Program-made: the position numbers and the translations under genes
Notes under the pieces: model-generated
Databases searched by the model: none
Seen by the model: only the letters and a program-made list of their open reading frames with translations
What the model was told of the DNA's origin: nothing
Origin: Antedon mediterranea
Lineage: Eukaryota; Animalia; Echinodermata
DNA: 64,000 bases
Assembly: GCF_964355755.1 (NCBI RefSeq)
Contig: NC_092673.1
Span: 806,001-870,000, forward strand
Direction of reading: 5' to 3'
In this document: positions 1-12,000 of the stretch, piece by piece
Layout: the number at the start of each line of letters is the position of its first letter
How positions within the stretch are numbered: position 1 is the first letter of the stretch

Positions 1-3
1 CAC

Positions 4-3000
4 CTTGGGATATGATCACTACCCATAATGCCTTGCCAACGTGCAGTAAACTGTGTTTGGTAATTGGTTAATATCTCGCTCATGACATTCATTGGTTTCT
101 CAATCTCATTGTCGGTTTGTGAACAGTCACTATAAGGGTCAACAATGTCTAAAACTCTTTAAGGAAATACAACATAAAGAAGTGAGAAGTGACAAATCGA
201 TCTCAGGTTTTATATTCTTAATGGTGGAGATAGATTTTCAATATGCCCAATATCTTTACATTTTTAATTGTATAATAACGTTTTAAAATCTTGTATTGTT
301 CCCACAAAAACATGACAAATAAAGATTAATAAAATCAGACTTTAAATAGATTATTTTGTGATTTTAATCAAGTTAATCACTTCCATAGGAAAAAAAAAAC
401 GGAAAAAATTAATGTTTTCACTTATAAATAAAATAAATGGTTAAATTCAACCAAAAACCCATTTGCTGGCAGCTAATTTCATTAGTTTTTGCTTTAAATT
501 ACAGTTTTTTAGGTAAATACATTTTCTTTTCGATCCAATTTTTGGTCAAAGTGGATAACTATTAAATGACATTAAATTGGCATATTAAAAAAAAAATGTT
601 AAGAATTATTTTTTCAGGGGGACAATACATCTTTAAGTATTATTTTAAAGGATACATCTAAAAGCATGCGTGTCAACACCAGAGCAGTGTGGAGGTACTT
701 GACGGTCGAGTGGAAGCTGTTAAAAAAGAATAATTATTATGAATCAATCATTGTGAAATAAAAGATGTTGATATACAGTTTTCAATAAAAATATGGAATG
801 TAAAAGAATAACATATCTGTTGTTAAACTCTTATGGATAATGAATAGGTCCATGTACAGTTGTTCATTACAGTTATACTGTATGCATTGTTTATAGGTCC
901 AGCATACACAATTAGCTCAGCAAGTCACTAGACAGGTGTATTACAGTATATCATACAATGATCAGATTAAATAACACATCACAGGGGAGGAGCATATTAA
1001 TACATCTTATCAAATCAAGATGCTTACAATTTTAACAGCCCTGTTCTTAAATAGCACATCACAGAGGAGGAGCATATTAATACATCTTATTAAATCAAGA
1101 TGCTTACAATTTTAACAGCCCTGTTCTTAAATAGCACATCACAGGGGAGGAGCATATTAATACATCTTATTAAATCAAGATGCTTACAATTTTAACAGCC
1201 CTGTTCTTATCTTTTGCTTGTTTTGCTTTTAGAGCCTCCTTTTTCTTCTTCTCATCTAATTGTTCCTCAACTTAAAAAAAAACAAAAGATAATTGATAAT
1301 TCATTTTAGAAAACAGGCAAGTAAAAACCATTACACAGAGCGAAACAAATCGAACACCTAAGTTATAGGGTAGACTCCAGCTCTACAACGTAGAAGAAGA
1401 AGAATAAATGTTAATAAACAAACTGTCAGACAAATTAATTATAAATCATAATTTTTAAAATAAAACAAAAACTATTTACCCTCTGGTTCCTGGTGCCATC
1501 TGTTATAGAGCATCTGGAATGAGAAATCCCGAGAAAGAGAGAAGATGGAAGGCGATGCCAGAAGTGGTAGAGCCTCTAGAGGGAGTTCCATTAGCCATTT
1601 GTCCGCCAGGATAATAACATACTCTTCCTGATTAACTTGTCCAGCTGATGCTGCATTATCCAGAGCCCTGAATAGAGGAATAAGAGAGAATCAATTTTGC
1701 TGCAATATCTCATAATATGTTATTGTATTTGTACTGACTGTAATTTTGAAAGCATAGAGGAAATCTTGATGAAAAAAAACCAAGCTATTTGTATTTTTCG
1801 CCATAAAAAAAAAATGGAACATTTAATAATCTTTTCTTTGATGTCTTTAAAATATTGTCTGTTATCCTCTTCTGAATGGGAAAGAAGTGGGATATAATAC
1901 TCTACCTAAAGGCAGGTTCCATGGCTGTTGTGATAGGAAGCAGGTATTCATGCATCTTTTGTACAAGTTCAGAAAATTCAGCCTCAAGCTGTTCCTCTTC
2001 TAAGTCATTTTCTCTTGAAAAATCCTAAAACATAAACAATAGGAACATTTCTTGCAATTAAACATTATAATTACAACATGGCAGTGTCCTTACAATTTGA
2101 TATTTGGTAAAATATTTATAAAGAAATAATTTGCTATTATTTAATAAATATTCCAGACTATGTGAAAGCAGACTTTTATTGAGGTCCAAAACGTTCCAAA
2201 TTCTTTTACCATTAAAAACACATTCGAAATAGTATAATTTTCAGAAAAACCAGACATAGGAGGTCGGTCGGCCGGTATTGGGGAGTATTAAGAACATCTA
2301 ACATTCATAACTGAATAAATTGTCTGTTGATTAAAATATTTATTGTATTATGGTACAAACCTTAAAATCATTTTGTATATCTTCTGAGAGGTTCTCCATC
2401 ATTTTGTTCCTCTGCACTTGTTGTGCTCTGCGATACTCAGCTTTCAACAAAGCCTGCATGACATTCACTTTGTGTTGTTTGAAGCGTTGTAAGAGGCTAT
2501 CCAGAGCATCATTGTCAACCATTGTGCGTGTAACACATGCCTTAGACGTGCTGGCAGCTACTCCTTTTTGTTTGGTTTCTTTACCACCAGTTGGTTTTGG
2601 TTTATCAAGAAGAGTTCCATATAAAATTGACCTTAAACAACAAAATGTACATATTCAATCACATTGTTACTGTCTGGCTCAACCCATTTTAATATTGAGA
2701 TATAATTGAATACAAATATTGATTGATTGATCGCTTTATTTCAGAATAAAAATTCCATATACAAACAATACAAAACGGACAATCACACTTAAAACAGGAT
2801 TTTCTCCCATATAGTGAAGTAATTTGAATAGTTTTTAATTCATTGATATTCTCACTTACCTGTCTTCCGAGTGCTGGAGGACAAGAATGTTAAAATTTAC
2901 TGGTAAATCTTTTAATAAATCCAAATGGTTAGGATTAATCTTCAACTGTTTCCAAGCCTAGATGGTTAAAAACAACAAAGTAATTAAAACTGCAGATATA

Positions 3001-6000
3001 CTAAACTCTCTCAAAAACCAAAGGACCAACATTCTTTCTAGTATTAAAAAAACAGGGAGAGAAAAATGGAGAGAGAGGGAGTATATAGTAATATTAAACC
3101 GGTCAAGTAAAAATACTTTTCAAAATGTCAATGTTTGTAAAGGCTTCATATACCCAGTTGAATTTTTTCATTAATTTAAATTATTGCCACTTCTTGTCTA
3201 TTTTAATTCATGTACAGTGCACTGAGAGCTTGCTTATAATTGCGCTATATAAGAATGAACTATTATTATATATTTACCTGTGAATTTTCCATTAAACTTT
3301 GATCAAGTGCTTTCATAAGGTTACCTCTGGATTGATTGCTGATGATGTTGTTTGACATCAAGTGCTTTCTTTGGTGAAGCAAAGCAGCTTGTTGACATCT
3401 ACTTGGGTCTGGTTGACATCGCTCCAAAGCATCCATCATGACAGTTGAACATCGGCAACTCTAAAACAACAATGGTTTTTTATATTCTCTTTATTTTGAA
3501 AAATACTGACCAATTTACATCTCGTGGCCAAATAGCTAAATTGTCAAAAAATACATAAAAAGTGTAAGAATTAACAGCATTAAAAAGGGAAAAAACAATC
3601 AGGCAAAAAAATAAAAAACACATCAAAAGTAAAAAGAAAAAACAAGTAGATATAAGACATTCTTACGCCTAGTCTACTTTGCTACTGTTTGGCGAATTGA
3701 TTGCATTAGGTAATTACCTGATAAAGAGCCAGATACAGTGATGATGTCAGAGGGTCATACTGGCCACAACATTCAACCATCTCTAATGAGGCATTTGCTG
3801 CAAGATCCTACAAAGAAAAAAAAACAGTTTTTACTTTCCTAAATATTCTATGAAAGAGAAAAATGCCATTGATTGTATTTACTGAAAAGATGTGAAATAT
3901 GTGCAGTGCGATTTAGTTTCCAAATTTGGACAATTTCATGGTATCCCTATTTTAATGTTTCTTTTACTCATTTAATTTCCATACATTTTCTTATTTATTT
4001 AATGTATTCTTTTCAAGGGTACTTACAATAAGCTGTTCTTTCAAAGCTAGCTGGACACACTGACCGAATGCCTCCGAAGCCTGGGTAAGATATATCAAAG
4101 AAGTGTCCTGATCAGCCTGGAAAAACAAATATTAAAATGTTGAATATTCTCTGGTATCCCATAATTATATAAAGGAACAAGGGTTCTTTATATCTATTTC
4201 ATATCACCAAGCAAATCTCTGGAGTTTACACACACTGGAGCATCAGCACGTGTGTTGTGTAGGTAAACTCTGGAGTTTACACACACTGGAGCATCAGCAC
4301 GTGTGTTGTGTAGGTAAACTCTGGAGTTTACACACACTGGAGCATCAGCACGTGTGTTGTGTAGGTAAACTCTGGAGTTTACACACACTGGAGCATCAGC
4401 ATGTGTGTTGTGTAGGTAAACTCTGAAGTTTACACACACTGGAGCATCAGCACGTGTGTTGTGTAGGTAAACTCTGAAGTTTACACACACTGGAGCATCA
4501 GCACGTGTGTTGTGTAGGTAAACTCTGAAGTTTACACACACTGGAGCATCAGCACGTGTGTTGTGTAGGTAAACTCTGAAGTTTACACACACTGGAGCAT
4601 CAGCACGTGTGTTGTGTAGGTAAACTCTGAAGTTTACACACACTGGAGCATCAGCACGTGTGTTGTGTAGGTAAACTCTGAAGTTTTGCTAGACAATGTA
4701 CCTGTGCATGCTTTGCTAATTTTGCCAGTTTTACAGCCTCTTTTACAGATGTTGTGCCCTCTATCTGACCTTCTGTTGATTCTGTGTCAACTTCTTCTTC
4801 TGCTTTTGCCACCGATGCTGTTTCACTGGCACCAAATCCCTGTTGATATATCAATTGGTAAATACCTCATTAATTAAAATTCTTAAATTTCACTACACTT
4901 TCACAGTATATTAAGTGAAAAAAAAAATTAATAATTTACGGTAGTAGTACCCTATTAAAAGATAGCTTCATAATAAAACATAGTTTTTTATGAATAGGGA
5001 TGTCCACTTTATAGGGGTGTTGCAAAGAAGGGGTTCTTCTGTAAAGGAAATAACAATTTGAAGCAAATGAGTTTTTACCATAAGTTGTAAATCCCACAAG
5101 TTGGCCGAATCTGGTGAATTGTGAACGGCCATGATGCGTAAACATCGACCAATGTTGTACAGAGTCTAAAATAAAACAAATAGTATAATATTATATCTTG
5201 TAATTATTATCTCTTATTATTTTATAAAAGTAGATTGTTAACACAAATAAATTATTGTGGTAAACGGAATATAAACCATCGACAAAAATGAATATATATA
5301 ACAGTATATAATAGTAAACAAACTGACCTTTGCCCTCAATTCCTGAATTGGCCCAGCAAGACTATGGGCTGCTGTCAATTCTATCAAGATCTTTGAGGAA
5401 AGCTCACTAAAAAAAAAAAAAATTGAATAATCTCTATGGTATTACAAAAATCTAAACACCTGTATTTTTTAAAATAATATAAAATATTGTTACAGATGGT
5501 TTAAATATATTTTCATATTATATTTACCTTGTCAGGGTCTGCCATTTCATCTCTGTGTCAGTCAATGTTGGGGACTCTGCAATGTAAGTCTCCACAAGCT
5601 GAAAATTAAGAATACATACATCAGACTTTTTAAAACTAAAACATTGTTATTACTTAAATATACATTCAGAAAACCTATCTGATAATCCAAAGGTGCCTTT
5701 GTGTTATATATATATACATGTACATCCAAGTATACAATCTTTTCTTTTCCAAGATGTAAAAAACCCAACTCCTTCAGGTTCCTCCAGGTTTATAATTAGA
5801 ATATTAACAATAAAACAGAGTAAAAAAATATACTTACTTTTATAACAGACGGCTTACGTGCTTCAGTTATTTTATGCTTTCGTTCTTCATTAGAATGGAT
5901 TACAAAAATATCGATAAGCAACTCTGCCAGAGTGTTCTTGATAGCGCACGCTTGTCTCTGAATCGGCAACACAACACCACCAATCTAGAAATAAAGCCAA

Positions 6001-9000
6001 GATTACATTTAAAAAAAGATGCAGACATCATGTAAAATTTTATTGTGCTGTCATGTTCCACTCATTGGGTCTACTTTGATCTGCTGATTCAAACTTTATA
6101 TAATCTCAATTCATCCTCACCGGGAAAAATCATTTTCTAAAGCTCTGTCTACACTATTACACTTAATGTGACAAACTTGATGTGCCCACATGTATATGAT
6201 CACTGCCATATTTGGGCATATTACACTTTTTTGTTTAAACTACTGTATTTTGATACTGTAACATTCGTTTCATTGCTTTTAAAACAATAATGTACGCATG
6301 GCATACCTGTTGTATTGCAGTCATACCAAGCACATCTTCCAATCTCTCATTGGTCAATCGCACAGCCTTTTCTAAAAGTTCATATGCTTGTAATAGATAA
6401 CTGTGCTGTAGATCAGTATTGTCGCTATCACACACAAACAACCTATATAAAAGAATCATACAATTATGATGAGGTACATCAGGGCTGTAGCCATAAGTAC
6501 CGTATGGTTGGTAAGGTTTCAACTTGACCACCGATCCACTGTAGCCAGCACAGGGGATTGTCCCCCTTTTTTTGCAACCACCACCCGTCCTTTTGATTTA
6601 TGCATTGATGAGATGAATAAAGAGATTGATTGATTGTGATTGACTTTCACTGCTTTCTGCTTTCCGTGGCTATGGCACTACAATGCTACAGTGGTTGTTA
6701 GCAAGTGATTCAAGTACATGCAAAGTAACAGATCAAATGATTCTATATACTGCATGCACAGAAAACTATACACAGTAAAATCTGTTGATTACCTTAGTAC
6801 ATTAGCATGTTGCTGCAAGACTTTTATTGCCTCATTCATCTGTCCAGTTTCAAACAGTAAGGTGAAACTCTGTTCAAATTTCTATTCGAACAAAAAAAAA
6901 AGTTAAAATTACACAGTTTTGAAATGATTAAGCTTGGTTCTCACTAGGGATGCAATATATGGACACAAGCGCTAACAAAAATGATTTGACCAATCACACA
7001 CGATGGATTGTTCAAAATTGTTGTGCTGCATGCAAATGGGAAACAAGCTTTAATAAAGAATATTCCACTCTTGGTTAATCATGTTTTATATTCTGATAAT
7101 TAACATGCTTTATATACCTGGCAGGCTGTTTGGAGCTCTCTATGTGCTTTGGGGTCCATGGTGTTCTTGCTCTCAGACAAAACATGGTCGACTTGTACAG
7201 AAGCAAACCTTGTAATAAAAAATACAGACCATTAGGAAAAAAGTTTTTTTTCAGTTTCAGTCTTTAATGACATCATCCCTCACCATTGTGAATTTCATCC
7301 CTCGTCCATTTTGGTTCCATCCCATACTTCTTAGAAAACATACACATTTTTGCTGTACTCATAGCCCATAGCAAATGAAAATTGGTAGATTTAGGTACTG
7401 TAGATATATCTCTATTCTTAGTAGACCATTTCAGATCACCTAAAGTACTAAGGATTTTAACTCAACTAAATCGGTTATTGAGTTGAGTTGACCAATTCGA
7501 CACAATTATCACCACAAGGAAACCAATGATAGACTTACTTTGCTAGTAGTTTTCCTTTAATACAGACAAGCTTGCTGGCTTTGTTTGGCCTCTGTAGGAT
7601 AAGATCTTCATACACAGCAAGGGCTTTTAGTAACAGTGCTCTGGATTTATTGAATCTTTTAAGATCTTCATCGTCTCCTAATATGGAATCCACCATCAGC
7701 AAACAATTCTCCAACCAAAACATTTCATCTCCGTTCAGTTTCTGCAAAGAGTATAAAACAGAAATTTATGTCAAATTTGACCATCTTTCAAATCTATATA
7801 TACCTTATGAAAATGTGTGGAAATCTAATAGATTATTAACATGTGAGACACCAACAGTGTAATTAATTACTTTTACATCAGTGTTGGTTTTTAGCTGGTA
7901 ACCACAATTGATTCTAGATAATTTGAGGGTTTAAACAATAGATTACATTGTAACATCAGTGGAGAAGAATATTCATAGATTTTGGATCTATGCATTTTAT
8001 GGTTCTATTTCATACATGCATTACAAGCATTTCTTCAATACCTGAATGCATGACATGTAAATAATAGAGGAGCAAACCTGAGCTTCTTGAAGAAGACCAA
8101 TAACCTGAGCATAGTTTGCTTGATGGTAAGCCAGCTGAGCTAATATCTGCAAGATGTCTGCTGTGGTGTCATCGTCATTAAAAGCAGAAGATGCAAGGTA
8201 AGCCTCTTTTAAAAGGTGACCAGCTGCCTCATAATAACTCTATTGATATAAGAAATAAAACATATTGAGATTAGCAAAGAATTCCACCATCATTCTATTA
8301 AAAATATTAAACATTTATCAAAAATAATATAACCCTAAATAGTGTATTTAGCTGGACAGGCGGATTGCTGCATATTGATACAATGACTGCAACAGACACA
8401 GTCCACCTGTAAATAAACAGTAAGTTATTATAAATTTGTAAGGAAATATAATAGCAGAAGGGTATGTATAAACTGCTTTTCCTAAAATTGAAGATCTCAA
8501 ATAGAAAAGCTGATTGTTACATATTATTACAATGACTGCCAGAGACACAGTCCACCTCACAGAGTATTTTGCAAATAAATAAAAGGCGTTTCAAAGGAAA
8601 TATTGCCAATATATTGACTGGTTGTTACCTGCTTAAGTAATATTGCAGCTTGTTCTGTCCACATTCCTCGCAACGTTGCTGCACTCAGGTGTTTGCCAAG
8701 GCCTTCAATTGGTGCTTTAATGTCTGTCTGTTTTAACAAACCAGTAATCATAGTTTTTAAAAAAGTTTTTCTCACTACCTCCTATGGTATCTTACATTAT
8801 TACTTGTGGATACATGTTACATTCCAAGACAAAGTATTGGTATTAGCAGACTAACATGCTTAAAGCTCTGTCTACACTATCAAACTAGTTTGACAAAAAG
8901 AGTGTGATTGTGCCCAAATACGGTAGCGATATGCTTAAATATGGTAGTGATATGACATCATGTCCATATATGGCCACATCACATTTTGTTGTCATGTAAA

Positions 9001-12000
9001 TGTTGATAGTGTAGACAGAGCTTTAATCTTGGAAAACAAAAAAGTACAGTACAGTTACAATCTATTACTATCAAAAAGAAATGACAGTGTAGCCATAGTC
9101 CTTCTAGACCACCATCTATTGTGACAGAAATTGAACATTCTTTCTCTTCACTGTCACAAGTATCTTCTGTATTGTGCTATAAATATAAGTAAGTGATCAC
9201 AAGATGTACATTTATTTGCAAATACCTTTTGATCAAGAATGAATTGTTTAGAGGTTGTCTTCTTGGGTGAGTTATCCCCAGCAGTCAGTACTCGTTTGGA
9301 CTCCTTCACTCTGGTTTGTTCCTTCTTCACCTGACGCTGCTTGTCTTGCCAGGAAGATATTGCTTCTCTTGAGCTAAACAGAAATTAAATTAATGTTTAT
9401 TGATTAAAAAAGAAATTCTTCATTAAAAATAATTAGCAAAGATAGGGATATTTTTTTTTACATTTTTCATAAATGACAAAAAGCTTTTTTGAAAATTTAA
9501 AGTGTATATGTTGGTATCTTTACTTATTCAAAACATATAAAATGCAATTATTTAATACAGCAGAGATGAAACTACTAATAGTAGACTAAATTTAAAATTT
9601 CTTTGTGTCACAAAAAGCATTGACATACTTAGCCTGGTCCATGATATTAATTCCAATGGGAGAAACCGATTCCTCATGGAATGTAGCTGCTGCTGTCAGG
9701 TTTAACTCAAGGCAGATATCTAAGGCTCTGAAATAACAATTAAATGGTTGGTTATCATTTATTAATTCATAAAGTACAGTTTCAGTGACCAGTCGTTGCT
9801 TACAATACTATTTCAAGTTCATTCAACATTTATTTAGAAACACTAAATAAAAGCAGCATACATTTACAATAACTTAAATGGTAACATTAAAGAACAATAC
9901 AACAAGAACAATAAGAACAATAGAGAGGTTTCGCAATCTTACGAATACGATAACGAAAACGGATACGTCACGCACACATATTCGTTTTCGTAAGCCATAA
10001 AAAAATCTGTTTCACATGGCAACGAAATATTGAGGGGCGTCCAAAATATGACTGCGGTAAATTTGAGCGAAGCGCAGGTACGTGTTGCTTGGTGCTTGGC
10101 TGCCTAGGCCTAGCGTAACATCAAAGCGAGTGAGGACTTTAAAAACTGCTATTTATCAAAACTGACTTGGCATTTTAGTAAATTACTTTCAATAAATCTA
10201 TAATTATATTATAATCATGAATCATTCCCGATTCAAATGCAAAATGTGCAAAATAGATCAAAAACTATACTCGTTTTGTAGTTACGAATATGACTGGTGA
10301 TATTCGTCAACACGAATACGCTTTACGAATATGAAATGGGGATCAGCTCAAAAGTTTCACAAATGTATGACGTATCCGTTTTCGTTATCGTATTCGTAAG
10401 GTTGCGAAACCTCCCTAATAAAAACAATAAATAAGAACTGTTTCTGGTATTGGCTGTAGGTTGTATAATACTTTGCTTTTCAAATTAAATTTCTTTTTTT
10501 TATGCTGAATATAATAATGCTTGTGAAGTGATAATAATTATATCATATATATTTGACAATAAATGCTAATTTGGTTGAATTCCTTTTATGAAATGAAACA
10601 AAAACTCAACCCAAGAGCTTGAATTTATCAAAATTCACAACATTTTCACTTTGAAAATGGATATAATGAGAGAGGCGGTCAGAGATCTTTAACCTTGTTT
10701 TTCTTGAAAAAAAATAATTTAAGTATTGATAACTTACCGAAGACGATAATTGGTTCCTTTAATCTGTGACAGGGCTATATCCCGAGCAATCACCTCACCA
10801 AATATAAGAGCTTGAAAGGTCAAGTGTCCATAACTAAGGTCACAAAGCTCAGTAACTAATTGGTCGATATAATACAATGTTAGCATCTAAATACAAACAA
10901 GATTGGCATTAGACTCTTTAAATAAACATACACCATTACATTATTAATAAATTGTCTGTTTTTTATGTGAATGTTTAACTTTGAACAAACGAAAATAATT
11001 TTGAAACATATATTTTGCTGTGTTTGACCATGATTAAATGAATTACAATTAATGAACTACACTAAGAACAATTTTTTTGTTACATGAAATCAACAACCGG
11101 TTAGGGAAGCACAAGCTTAAAAGAATTTTTATTACAAAATAAATTTAAAGAACTCACTGGTTTTAGGATTGTATCACTGTTGATTCCCTCTCCAGTTTTG
11201 TCATATTTGAATGCTTCTCGGATCTAATAAAAAAAAAAATTTACAGTACAAGTAGAAAGTGTATAATGTTAATTAAAAAAATAAGAATTGGCCATTGTAA
11301 GACCACTAGAAAAATAATTTGGCCTACTGGTACTTTGTTTTCATCCTACATTCTTGTGAATGTTTATTATCGCAAGCCATGCTACTGTTCACAAACTGTA
11401 TCATCATCAGGTTTGAACATTAACCTAATATAAACAACAAACATTTTGTTACATAATTAGCCTTATGAATATTCATTACCTCTTCTGGTAAATCATACAT
11501 GGCCCATTCTTGTACATTAGTAGGTATGTAATCAATTGGTCCCTTTTTCTTTGGCTTCTCCTTCAGTGTTTCTTGATCTTTCACTTTTCCTTTTTTACCC
11601 TTGGGTGATAGGCTCTTATGGCCAACTTGCTCTGTTGAGGTAACTTTTACAGTCTCTTTGGGCACTTGACCCGCTGAAGTGACCGCCACCTAAAGAATAG
11701 AAAATATTTACACATTACATCATGTTTTTTACTGTCAAATTTTTTAATGCAGATATAACATGATTTAAAAATGAAATTAGTAATGGTTTGTTATTTTTTA
11801 AAGAAACAAAATACAAAAAAAAACTTTGTAATTTACCTGCAATATACGATTTAAAAAGCCAACAGCAAGTAGACAATGTTGTTTATGATGCTGACTTGCC
11901 CGACCGACCATCAGGGCAAGCATAACATGGACACGGAATAGATACTCTAACTGTTTGATGCTTGTCAGCTCAACTACAGTAAGCAGCAGATTTGCTGTGG

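Noticed and set aside
4194-4643. 149-aa ORF of CVNFRVYLHNTRADAPV repeats
   Set aside because: It is the translation of a 51-bp intronic minisatellite; CFAP46 splices cleanly around it (KHAQ|ADQD).
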